A stretch of 64,000 nt of DNA from Nitrospirota bacterium (GTDB lineage Bacteria > Nitrospirota > Nitrospiria > Nitrospirales > Nitrospiraceae): the NCBI GenBank assembly GCA_963701855.1, contig CAVPBK010000006.1, positions 864,001-928,000 of the forward strand, given 5' to 3'. A model generated the notes under the pieces. It was not told the origin of the DNA, searched no databases, and saw only the letters and a program-made list of their open reading frames with translations. Below are positions 41,886 to 51,250 of the stretch, one piece after another (the first letter of the stretch is position 1; each line of letters opens with the position of its first letter). Made by a program: the position numbers and the translations under genes.

Positions 41886-42000
41886 TGGCAGGATATTGAA
41901 ACAGTCCGCCAGCCTCTAAAACACGAGACGAGCAGGCCTGACGCGCAAGCCCTGATTCCAAGTGTCTTGCCTTTCCCGCCAGTCTCGCGTGTCGAGCGTG
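41886..42000. repeat. Partial MITE-like repeat copy
   Basis: TGGCAGGATATTGAAACAGTCCGCCAGC terminus; internal segment matches about 46180-46218 in inverted orientation. Confidence 0.65.
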
Positions 42001-42007
42001 GCTATTA

Positions 42008-42949
42008 CTAGACAGGGACGGGAACGGTTTCGACGATGTCGAGCACCATACGCTCCGCCTGTTCGAAGCTCTGTGTCCGCATGCCATGGGTCCGATTCAG
42101 CATGACACGGTGAGACAACACGATCGGCGCCAATTCCTTGATGTCGTCGGGAAGACAATAGTCGCGTCCACGAACGACCGCCAATGCCTTGGCCGCTTTG
42201 CTCAGTGCCAGCGCTCCACGTGTGCTGACTCCCAGGGATAGAAACTCGCTCTGACGGGTCGCTTGCACGATCGCGAGCAGATAGTCCGTCACGCTCTCGT
42301 CCATGTGGACCTGATCCACACGAGCCTGCAAGGCCAATACTTCGCGTGCTGACAGCACCGCCATCAATGTTTCAGCGGGATGCAACGAATGTGGCCGGCC
42401 GAGCACCTTTCTCTCCTCTTCGAGCGTGGGATATCCAATACAGAGGCGCATCAGAAACCGGTCGAGTTGGGATTCTGGAAGGGGGAAGGTTCCGTGATAT
42501 TCGGCAGGATTCTGCGTGGCGATAACCATAAAAGGCTGCTCAAGTGGATGCGTCTGATTGTCGACGGAAATCTGTGCTTCACTCATCGCTTCCAAGAGAC
42601 TGCTCTGGGTCTTTGGCGTGGTGCGATTGATCTCATCTGCCAGTACAACATTGGCGAAGATCGGACCCGGTATGAACTCAAACCCCTGTTTTTGCCGGTT
42701 GAACATGGAGACGCCGACGATGTCTGAAGGTAAGAGATCGCTGGTGAATTGAATGCGCTTGAATGAGCAGTCAAGTGATCGGGCCAAGCTGTGTGCCAGT
42801 GTGGTTTTGCCGACGCCAGGCACATCTTCGAGTAGAAGATGGCCACGGGCCAACAGGCAAACCACCGCCATCTCGATCACATGGCTCTTCCCCTTGATGA
42901 CCAGCGCAATATTGTCCTGGATTGACCGGATGGTGTGAGGTGAACTCAT
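42008..42949 (-). CDS. MoxR-family AAA+ ATPase
   Basis: LLEDVPGVGKT, RIQFTSDLLPSD, LADEINR, ATQNP and FPLPESQLDRF. Confidence 0.95.
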   Translation of the reverse strand: MSSPHTIRSIQDNIALVIKGKSHVIEMAVVCLLARGHLLLEDVPGVGKTTLAHSLARSLDCSFKRIQFTSDLLPSDIVGVSMFNRQKQGFEFIPGPIFANVVLADEINRTTPKTQSSLLEAMSEAQISVDNQTHPLEQPFMVIATQNPAEYHGTFPLPESQLDRFLMRLCIGYPTLEEERKVLGRPHSLHPAETLMAVLSAREVLALQARVDQVHMDESVTDYLLAIVQATRQSEFLSLGVSTRGALALSKAAKALAVVRGRDYCLPDDIKELAPIVLSHRVMLNRTHGMRTQSFEQAERMVLDIVETVPVPV

Positions 42950-43120
42950 GTTGGAATTACTAGTGGTCCTGGTAGTTCAGGAATGCATGGTGATCTGACA
43001 CGATCGAAGTCTAACAAAGGGGCTGTGGATGGTCAATTTTCGCATGAGTTCTTGCATCGACCAGTCTGGGAAAGTCGATTCGTAAGGCTTTGCGCCGACA
43101 GGGCTGTTCGCGTTCAGCCT

Positions 43121-43311
43121 TATCAGGCTGCGGAAAGTCTATATTCTGCACACGAGAACTTCGATGGTTCACCTATCGAGGACAAACCCAGCCTGTCTTG
43201 TTATCTGGCCTGTCTGGTCCATCTGGTTAGTCTCATGCAACCAAACAAACCGGCAGACCGAATAGAGCAAATAAACAAGACAGGCTGGCAGACTTTTTCA
43301 GCCTCTTGCTA
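43121..43311. repeat. MITE-like repeat copy with internal hairpin, overlapping a TAG stop
   Basis: TATCAGGCTGCGGAAAG...CTTTTTCAGCCTCTTGCTA; internal 15-bp inverted repeat at 43188-43202 / 43274-43288. Confidence 0.7.
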
Positions 43312-44622
43312 TTCCGGCACGAGGATCAGCATCCAGGGAGGGCTTTCTTCGACCATGTCAGAAAACCGTCGGGCGGTACTGCTGGCGGGAAATCCAGGAA
43401 AGATGGCTCCACGGCGAATCTGAATGGAGCGGAAACGATAGGAGGAGCCCTGCGTTGGGAGGTAAGGAAGGACTCGTGGAATCTCTTTGCGCAATGGACC
43501 GAAGTCCGACATATTGATGGTCTCGCCGACCTCAAGACGCGAAAGCCGCTCGAAAACTTCGCCGAAGACCGTAGAGAGATTGTCTGGTGTGAACGGCTGA
43601 TTATTCGGTCGATAGCGGCTGTCATCAAGGAGTTGCGCCAGGATTTCCCAGAATACTTGCGTATCGACGGCTCCAAGGACAGAGAGAAATCCTCGGTGCG
43701 CCACTAGGTTGAGCAGGGCGAGGGGGCCTCGAATCTCGAACTTCCATGGCGGAAAGAGGAGTACACGGTCTCCATGCTGGACCTCAAGGGCCCCTTCACC
43801 AGAAAAGTTGGTCTGTCGAAACGTCCCTTTGGTTCGATGGAGCTCTTGAGTGATGACCTGCTCAGATAATCGGGTCGGTTCATAGGCAAACGTGGGTGTC
43901 GCGGGAGCCCAGCAGGTCGCGATCGTATAGCGAGGTGCGAGCTTCCCAGTTTGATCGAGGTGGCCCAGGTCGAACATATCCTGGTTCCCGTAGAATTGAA
44001 ACGAGAGCCCGGTCCGAGACCGCAAACCGTTGAGTCGCTCCCGTTCCGGATGAAGCGGACCACCCAGCTTTGAGCCTGGCTGAAGCCGATCGAGGCTATG
44101 AAGAATCAACTCACGCTGTCGCTGTTGAAGGGGAGCCACGTATTGCTCGACGAGTTCCGTGGCAAACGAGAGGTCACCGGCTCCCAGATCGAGTAAGGAA
44201 GCCACGTCTGTCTCAAGCAAGAGGTCAAAGGGATTGGAGTGGGAGTGGGCAAACACTTCAACCTCTTCGCTCCGCAAAGAAGTCACTGGCCACTGCGCCG
44301 CTAGTCCCTCAATGATGCCGAACCACACGCAGAGGGCCCGCACAGCCTTTGTCGGGGGGAGCCCTGTGAGCTCTTTGAGCCGGGGGCCTGGAAGATCCTG
44401 AATTCGTAAGGCCTCTGAGTTTCCTAACGCCAGGGTGATCGCATCTCGGATGATGACGGGAAGGTCGACGCGGTGAGCTGCTTCGATCAACCGTTTCAAC
44501 GTCGCGGTGAGCTGCTTCGCCTCAACAAGCTTGCGTGAGGCCTCCCACTCCTTGTCGCGTTCCTGCAAGAGCTGGGTGACCTGCGAACGAAAGTCTGCGA
44601 GGATCTGCGCGGTAGAACTCAT
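43309..44622 (-). CDS. Hypothetical protein with SAM-binding-like motif
   Basis: 437-aa ORF; LLDLGAGD resembles methyltransferase motif I. Confidence 0.65.
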   Translation of the reverse strand: MSSTAQILADFRSQVTQLLQERDKEWEASRKLVEAKQLTATLKRLIEAAHRVDLPVIIRDAITLALGNSEALRIQDLPGPRLKELTGLPPTKAVRALCVWFGIIEGLAAQWPVTSLRSEEVEVFAHSHSNPFDLLLETDVASLLDLGAGDLSFATELVEQYVAPLQQRQRELILHSLDRLQPGSKLGGPLHPERERLNGLRSRTGLSFQFYGNQDMFDLGHLDQTGKLAPRYTIATCWAPATPTFAYEPTRLSEQVITQELHRTKGTFRQTNFSGEGALEVQHGDRVLLFPPWKFEIRGPLALLNLVAHRGFLSVLGAVDTQVFWEILAQLLDDSRYRPNNQPFTPDNLSTVFGEVFERLSRLEVGETINMSDFGPLRKEIPRVLPYLPTQGSSYRFRSIQIRRGAIFPGFPASSTARRFSDMVEESPPWMLILVPE

Positions 44623-44758
44623 AAGCCGGTTGGTGTGGGGTCAGGATCGTAGATCTGTCGCTGCCAGTTGATGAATATCTGACAGCATAGCGACCTGGTC
44701 CAGGAGCGTCAAGGTCGCCATATTGCCCATCCCGAGAAACCTGTGTTAGGTAAAGGCT

Positions 44759-45781
44759 ATGTGGAAGACACCGGTGCAGCTCGCGATGCGAGCAATCTTC
44801 GTCACATTCAGGGTGGTGATGGTCGTCGGGGCATTGTGCTTCAGTGTGGCCTGCACGAGCGGAGGGGGCGCCAGATCTTCTGCCACCTCACAAGACGGGA
44901 ATCGCGCGCCGCTCAAGGAATGGCAGATCATTGATACGGCAACGGGACAACCAGTCTCTTTCGACCAATGGACGACATTGTTGCTCCAGCAGGACATTAT
45001 TTATCTGGGCGAGGAGCATCATAATCGGTTTCATATCGAGGCGGCGATGACGGTGCTGCGAAAATTGAAGGCGGAGGGGCGTACACCGGCCTTGGCCATG
45101 GAAATGTTCGGCTGGGACGGCCAATCGGCACTTGATCAATATCTTTTCGGGTTAGACATGAACCGCCAGGAATTCCTAGAGGCCGTCCGATGGCAACAGA
45201 ACTGGGGTGGCCTGTTTGAGGATTACGAACCGCTGGTTCAGCTGGCGAAAGAGCACCATTGGACTGTGGACGCCATGAATCCTCCGAAGCCGTTGGTGCG
45301 AATCGTCGCCAAGAACGGTCTGGTTCAAGCAGCATCTGATCCCATGATGGCGCAATGGGACATGAAGGATGAGGCCATTGTCGATGATCCGATCTACCGA
45401 GCCCGTATTCTTGAGCAACTCCGGGCCTGTCACGGCAAGGGAGACGACAGCCTCTATCAGACGATGCTCGACGCCTCCATGTTTCGTGACGAAGGGATGG
45501 CCAAGACATTGGTCCATCGCCTTAACCAGATTCGTTCGGTGAGCAATACGATGGCTGGGCCCCTGGTAAGCTATACAGGGGCCGGACACATTCAGTACAA
45601 CCTTCCAGTTCCAAAGCGAGTCGCCCGACGCCTGACTGATCAGGTCCGCCAGATCAGCGTCTATATGACGTCGTTCGAAGTGGGGCGCAGCGAGGAAATA
45701 CAAGGTATGATCCACGAGAAGGTTGCGGACTACCTGTGGCTGACACCGGTCAGTGCGAAGGGGCCGCCGCGCCGCTGTTGA
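44759..45781 (+). CDS. ChaN-family lipoprotein (heme/iron uptake-related)
   Basis: Lipobox SVAC; IIYLGEEH, LAMEMF, RDEGMA and GAGH. Confidence 0.85.
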   Translation: MWKTPVQLAMRAIFVTFRVVMVVGALCFSVACTSGGGARSSATSQDGNRAPLKEWQIIDTATGQPVSFDQWTTLLLQQDIIYLGEEHHNRFHIEAAMTVLRKLKAEGRTPALAMEMFGWDGQSALDQYLFGLDMNRQEFLEAVRWQQNWGGLFEDYEPLVQLAKEHHWTVDAMNPPKPLVRIVAKNGLVQAASDPMMAQWDMKDEAIVDDPIYRARILEQLRACHGKGDDSLYQTMLDASMFRDEGMAKTLVHRLNQIRSVSNTMAGPLVSYTGAGHIQYNLPVPKRVARRLTDQVRQISVYMTSFEVGRSEEIQGMIHEKVADYLWLTPVSAKGPPRRC

Positions 45782-46125
45782 AAAAGCCCCCATAAGCATT
45801 AGGAGTGATGGGTACAGAACGCTTCTCTGGTGATCACTGAAGACCTCTGCCCATATTACGCCTAACGAATGCATGAAGGAGGAAACTGACGCCAGCCAAG
45901 CGGGTGATTGCACAATGGACGCCATGCATTGTCGAAGTGGGTTCAAGCATTTTCTATTGATGTCAATGCGGTCGATCGAAAACGCAACTGTGTTTCGATG
46001 GATCTCGTGCTGAGTATGGAGTTCTCGCCGATGAAGGTTCACTTTGAAGTGAAGAAACAGGTAGCTTTCTGTGGCCCTAAGCAGACGAAAAATCCTCCCA
46101 TCTGTGGTGTGTCTCACTTGTGAAT

Positions 46126-46270
46126 TGGCAGGGCTGCGGAAACACTATCGTCTGTCGCGCGCGAGACAGACGGGTTGAGCGAGACTGGCGAGACACTTGG
46201 AGTCAGAGCTTGCGAGTCGAGCCAGGAGTGCCCGTCGCGCGCTCGATGGCGATGAGATAAGCCAGCGTGA
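46126..46270. repeat. Degenerate MITE-like repeat copy
   Basis: TGGCAGGGCTGCGGAAA terminus; GCGAGACTGGCG..AGACACTTGGAGTCAGAGCTTGCG homologous to 41941-41988. Confidence 0.6.
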
Positions 46271-46375
46271 TGCAACTACTTGCTGGGAAACGGTGAACCC
46301 TTGACAGTTTTCCAGGTCTGTCTCAGACTATGCAGCAACAGCATCTGGAATTGTTAGCGATTGGGAACGCAGCGC

Positions 46376-47278
46376 ATGCGAAACAAGATCCCCTGTTCCG
46401 CTGAGCGGTTAAGCCTCCTGGATCCCCCCATGATCCAGGCGGTGGTTGATCGCAATGCCTTTCACATCGGCAATCAGTACCTCTCTGAAAATCGCGTTCG
46501 GATCGTCGAGGCCGATGATGCCCAGATTTCGTCCGCCGTCATCGGGAATTCAGGACTTTACGAACAGACGATCCGTCTCAAGGAGGGGCATCTCATCTCT
46601 AAATGCAGCTGTGCCTTGCCGGAAGAGCCGATGTGTCGACATTGTATTGCGGTCCTGTTGGAATACCATCGCTGGGCGCAGCCGAGAAATGGCCAGCAGA
46701 AGAAAGCGAAACCGTCCGCAGCCCCACAACCAACAGAGGCCACTCCGAATCGCGACAACACACCTGCGCCGAGTCCCGCTTCGACGACCGATCTGAAGCT
46801 GGGCGAGGTGATGGCACTCGTCGAATGGCTGCAACCCGCGATAAAGGCGTTGGAGCGCGGGCAACCGTTGCCTGACTCGCCAAAGCTCGGCGGGGATCTC
46901 GCTCTCTGGGTTCAGGCCATTCGTTCCCTGGAGGAACGCCGCCGCGAGAGCGAAGAGATACGGATCAACCTGGAGTCCGACATGCGGGATCGGGAAGCCT
47001 ATGTCGGCCGATTGACGCAACAGTTGCAAGCTTCGATGGAAGAGATCAAGGCCACCCAAGCCAGGTCTCAGCAACTGCAGCAGGAACTGAGCGCTTGCAA
47101 AGAGATACTCGTAAAGGTTTCCGAGGTTGCCTCCGAGGTTGGGAGCTATGGCAGCCAACTCAAGTCTGTCGCGGGTGAAGTGATGTCAAAGGGATCACAG
47201 CTTGACAAGCTCTCTCAATCATTCAGGGAAGTCTCGACGGCATTGAAAGCGCTTGCCAAGACCTCTGCAGACTCCTAA
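46376..47278 (+). CDS. SWIM zinc-finger protein with C-terminal coiled coil
   Basis: CSC...MCRHC SWIM motif; heptad-rich C-terminus. Confidence 0.8.
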   Translation: MRNKIPCSAERLSLLDPPMIQAVVDRNAFHIGNQYLSENRVRIVEADDAQISSAVIGNSGLYEQTIRLKEGHLISKCSCALPEEPMCRHCIAVLLEYHRWAQPRNGQQKKAKPSAAPQPTEATPNRDNTPAPSPASTTDLKLGEVMALVEWLQPAIKALERGQPLPDSPKLGGDLALWVQAIRSLEERRRESEEIRINLESDMRDREAYVGRLTQQLQASMEEIKATQARSQQLQQELSACKEILVKVSEVASEVGSYGSQLKSVAGEVMSKGSQLDKLSQSFREVSTALKALAKTSADS

Positions 47279-47415
47279 GACTTCTGGCCCAACCTCGTTC
47301 AATTTGCTCTCCAAGCTCCATGCATATCTCCGGGGCTATTGCGTCTTGTCTGGCAACTTCAGTATAATTTTTCCCTCGTTTTATTCATTTGATCCGAGGA
47401 AGGGAGGAATAAGTC

Positions 47416-47607
47416 ATGAAAAGGATTTGTGCAGGGATTGTCATGGTGGCAGGTACAGTCCTGCTAGCTGGTCCAGCCTACGTTCTAGCGAACGAGCCAA
47501 AGGGTGAGGGTCCGCCTGATTATAGCGGGATCTCCAGCATATATTTCGTATTGATAGGATTGATTCTAGCTTACGGCGTCTACGATTCGTTTTTTAAAAA
47601 GCTCTAG
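47416..47607 (+). CDS. Small membrane protein (signal peptide plus one TM helix)
   Basis: SD GGAGG; two hydrophobic segments. Confidence 0.75.
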   Translation: MKRICAGIVMVAGTVLLAGPAYVLANEPKGEGPPDYSGISSIYFVLIGLILAYGVYDSFFKKL

Positions 47608-47645
47608 CAGGATGATGAAAATTCTTCCAGCAGCGCCCCTGTCCG

Positions 47646-47930
47646 TCATCCCGTCCACGGCACACAACTCGTCACGATTGTATGGTTGGTGAGGCAGGAG
47701 AATGCGCCGCTGAACAACGACTTCGCACAGTAGTCCTTTGATCTAACCGCAGTGAGAACATTCACGGGGCGTAGAGGCGCGGTTGCCTGAATTGTCTCAA
47801 ATACGGCTGGTCCATCTCCATTGAGCAATTTAGTATCGAGCAAAACAACTGCAAGGTCGACAGTCTGCACCTAGGCCAGCCCATCGCAACAGGTCGCGAT
47901 TCCCGTCACACAAAATCATTCATGCTCAAC
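47646..47930 (-). pseudogene. Response-regulator receiver-domain remnant
   Basis: AVVLLDTKLLNGDG...VNVLTA...GAFSCLT with in-frame stops upstream. Confidence 0.55.
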
Positions 47931-47960
47931 TGGTGATTCCCCGTAGCGTACTACGGGGAA

Positions 47961-48200
47961 TCACCAGTTGAAGTTGTCGGCGATCGTCAAATTAGGGCCG
48001 CTTCTGTTACGATGCGCGGTGGCCACTGTATGTTCCGCGCTTGTAATGATGGTTACGAACTCGGAAAACCCAAGCCCGCCAGTTCCGAAGTCGAGACTAC
48101 TGTCTGTCACCATAAGAATCTTCTGTGGACAAAGAAACTTCCGGATAATTTCCAAAAGTCTGTTTCCGTTAAATTGCAGTTCAAGGTCTGCATTGCTATC
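47961..48200 (-). pseudogene. Truncated gene fragment
   Basis: Protein-like KILMVTDSSLDFGTGGLGFSEFV segment ending abruptly; AT-rich. Confidence 0.35.
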
Positions 48201-48262
48201 TCTATTTATATGTTCTGGAAGTAATGGGTAAGGTGGCCGTGGCCATGAATTCATGGCCACCA

Positions 48263-48679
48263 TCACTCAATGGATGGTTGTGACAGAGCGGTGGCCTGAG
48301 TGCCCCTCTCAACCTGGCAGGCTGTTCCATTGACAGTGATCCCGGCACGAGGGGACACGTTCATCGTCTGACCGACCAATCGAGGTCGCCCCGCGCGGAG
48401 CGCGTTTGTTCGTTTTGGGAATGGCCCCTGACGCACGACCTCCATCTCTGCCAAGGAAGTCCGTATGGACTGAGCGATCAGCCATGCGAGCGTCAAACTC
48501 GGGCTCCAATACACAGCATCGCGTAAACGATCTACAAGATCACCGGGGAGACTGACCGTTAGCCGGATCTTTCGAGACTCTTGCCGGTTGGCCCTGCCCA
48601 GTTTGAAAGACGGACTAATCATCCCGTTGTGATCATTTTTTATCGAGTGATTTTGAACGGCCTGATTGCTCAACGACAT
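48263..48679 (-). CDS. Ribbon-helix-helix-like DNA-binding protein
   Basis: KIRLTVSLPGDLVDRLRDAVYW...LIAQSI; SD GGAG. Confidence 0.65.
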   Translation of the reverse strand: MSLSNQAVQNHSIKNDHNGMISPSFKLGRANRQESRKIRLTVSLPGDLVDRLRDAVYWSPSLTLAWLIAQSIRTSLAEMEVVRQGPFPKRTNALRAGRPRLVGQTMNVSPRAGITVNGTACQVERGTQATALSQPSIE

Positions 48680-49187
48680 TGTATTTCTCTCCAAGTTGCT
48701 CAGAAGTGCGGTAGTCCTCGAACTATGGTCTAACTCTCACGCCTCAGCCAGCCCCGACAGATGGGAGGGCCGCGCCTCTGCTGAAAAACGACAGGACGCG
48801 GCCCCGATGGCAAAAGCGTATGGCGGTGGGAGGGCTCCAGATGGGCATAATCCAGAGGTAGTCCCACCTGCATGAGAGGTAACCCTCTTGAGTGGGGACC
48901 CACCGGCGTTTCGCTTCGCCAAATAATGTCCAGTTCCTGACAATCGGTTTTGTCCTCTGTAAATCGGACGACGAGAGGACTACAGCCGTACAGCAACCCC
49001 CGTACCAAAGCTTTCTTGATCAAAGTATTTCGAGGCTTGCTATGTAAGTCGTTGAGTACGCTTGATTTGGCGATTGAGCCACAAAGACGAGCCTACGGGA
49101 CAGAGGGGTATCTTATTCGGTACGCTTCTTATCCTGCGAGATACAGCCACGGGGGAGTGCAGTAGAAGAAACTGCGTGGGACCAGAT

Positions 49188-49700
49188 CTATTGGTGGAGA
49201 TGCTTCATCGCGGCGGCACAGAGGAGGATAAAGAGGCCGATCCAGAGCGCGGCTTGTTGAAAGGGGATCGCTTCGTAGGATTCTTCTGCGTTTTCTTCTG
49301 CGTCGTCGGACTTGAAGAGCACCGTGTACAGAAAGAGCGTGAGAAGACAGAGGACGAGAAACAGTTTGACAAAGAAGACGGTTAGGTACTTCGCATGGTG
49401 CTCAATCCCGCTGCCGGTTTGCGAGGTAATGGCCTGATTGACATAGTGGAAATTGATGCCACCGGTAAACAGCAGAACGACGAGCAGGATGCCCGCGACT
49501 TTCTTGTAATGCTGGTAGAACGCATCGGTGATCGGCTTAATCTGCTCCTTGGCAACAGCCTTCTTCAGCCCAGGAGTGACAGCCATGACGAGGAACGCGA
49601 GTCCGCCGATCCAGATGACCGCCGACAACAAATGGATCCAATGATTGATGATCGGGATCAGCGTATTGGAATCGGTGACGAGGCTTTTGAGATCGTCCAT
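49188..49700 (-). CDS. CopD/DUF4149-like four-TM membrane protein
   Basis: HWIHLLSAVIWIGGLAF, LLFTGG and VKLFLV; ends MKHLHQ. Confidence 0.75.
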   Translation of the reverse strand: MDDLKSLVTDSNTLIPIINHWIHLLSAVIWIGGLAFLVMAVTPGLKKAVAKEQIKPITDAFYQHYKKVAGILLVVLLFTGGINFHYVNQAITSQTGSGIEHHAKYLTVFFVKLFLVLCLLTLFLYTVLFKSDDAEENAEESYEAIPFQQAALWIGLFILLCAAAMKHLHQ

Positions 49701-49787
49701 TCTCAGGACTCGTGATGCGTGATTTATGATGGGCGATGGGTGCTAAATAAAAAACCGGCGCAGGCGAGATTGCGCTTTCTTAACGCA

Positions 49788-51185
49788 TCACTCATCACGC
49801 TCAAATTTAAAGACCGGCGTTTCGTTGCCGAATCGTTTCTTGCGGAGTTCTTCCATCAGCTCGATGGTAATCAGAGGGATGTTATTTTCTCGTGCGTGCT
49901 TTTCTACGCCCTTTTTCACCATGGCGCGCAAGAAGTAGGGAATCCGGTTGAGTCGAGTTTCTGAATCCTCATCCCACGCCACAGGGCTTTCTTCCGGCGT
50001 ATTAAATGCGACCTTGATCTTCTCGCCACCCTTCGGCGTATACAGACACCATTGATCTTCATCCAGCCAGTCACCGTGATCGACGTAGGGACGTGCGCGG
50101 CAGCCGCCACAGATATCCGTGTATTCGCAATCACCGCATTTACCTTTCAATTGAGGATAGCGGAAGGAATTGAAGACATCCGACTTTTCCCATAGATCGA
50201 CGAAGCTGGTCTCGCGGATATTTCCGGCAGACAATGGCATGTAGGGGCAAGGGGTCAATTCGCCATTAGGAGTCACGCGCGCGTAGTTGGTTCCGGCTAG
50301 GCAACCGCCTCCCATATACCCGGTCGCTTTGGTGATCGGAGAGTTTGGGTCTTTCTCATACGCGAGCCGTTTGAAATGCGGTGCACAACGGGCTCTGACG
50401 AGCATGCCCTTGTAATTATCCTGACAGTTAACCAGGTAGCCGAGCACCTCTTCGTACTGGGCCGGAGTGATGTCGGTGAGTTCCTCGCCACGGCCAGTGC
50501 AAACCATGAAGAACACATTGAGTACCTTGGCGCCAAGCCGGTGCGCCCACTCGATCACTTCAGGCAGTTCCTGGTAATTCATGGGCTGTGCGCTGAAATG
50601 CACTTGGAAGGCCAGCCCGTTCCGCTTGCAAGCCTCGATACCGGCGAGTGCGGCCTCCCATGCGCCGGGCACGCCGCGAAAACGATTATGCTTCTGGGGA
50701 TCGAGCGAATCGATGCTGATGCCCATGCCCATCACGCCGATCTCGACCAGCTCCTTCGCCATCCTGTCATCGATCAACATGCCGTTGGTCCCGAACACCA
50801 CCATGAAACCGAGTTTCACGGCATGGCGCGCGATATCGAGGATGTCAGGACGGACAAGCGGTTCACCTCCCGTGATCACAAGGAGACAGCCCTTATTGAC
50901 CTCGGCAATCTGATCGATGAGCTTGTAGCACTCTTCGGTCGAGAGTTCATCATCCCCGCCGGCGGATTTCGTCGTCGCGTCGAGATAACAATGGTCGCAT
51001 TTAAGGTTGCAGCGTTTCGTGAGGTTCAGGGCGATGAGATAGGGCTTGAAGTCATCAACCGTTCGGCCGTCGTGCGGCGCAGAAGCCGTGGATGGCGGAG
51101 TAAAGAACTGCGATACCTGCTGCTGGATGCTTCCGAACGCACCCGGGAGAGACAGGGCATTGAAAATTGGAAGAGATTTACCCAT
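49788..51185 (-). CDS. Radical SAM/SPASM enzyme (AhbD/NirJ-like) with C-terminal PCP_red-like domain
   Basis: CNLKCDHC; GGCLAG...TPCPY...GKCGDCEY..ICGGCRAR; C-terminal W.EDSETRLNRIPYFLRAMVKKGVEKHA. Confidence 0.88.
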   Translation of the reverse strand: MGKSLPIFNALSLPGAFGSIQQQVSQFFTPPSTASAPHDGRTVDDFKPYLIALNLTKRCNLKCDHCYLDATTKSAGGDDELSTEECYKLIDQIAEVNKGCLLVITGGEPLVRPDILDIARHAVKLGFMVVFGTNGMLIDDRMAKELVEIGVMGMGISIDSLDPQKHNRFRGVPGAWEAALAGIEACKRNGLAFQVHFSAQPMNYQELPEVIEWAHRLGAKVLNVFFMVCTGRGEELTDITPAQYEEVLGYLVNCQDNYKGMLVRARCAPHFKRLAYEKDPNSPITKATGYMGGGCLAGTNYARVTPNGELTPCPYMPLSAGNIRETSFVDLWEKSDVFNSFRYPQLKGKCGDCEYTDICGGCRARPYVDHGDWLDEDQWCLYTPKGGEKIKVAFNTPEESPVAWDEDSETRLNRIPYFLRAMVKKGVEKHARENNIPLITIELMEELRKKRFGNETPVFKFERDE

Positions 51186-51250
51186 AAATAGCCTGGCACT
51201 GAGTTGGAAATGATGGAAGTAAACCGGTGCTCTTACTCAGCACTCAGGAC

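Noticed and set aside
38529..42949. MoxR-DUF58-transglutaminase triad as a novel system
   Set aside because: A widespread, already recognised gene arrangement
45176..46123. 313-aa minus-strand and 71-aa plus-strand ORFs near chaN
   Set aside because: Antisense shadow or lacking protein-like features and an SD; not supportable
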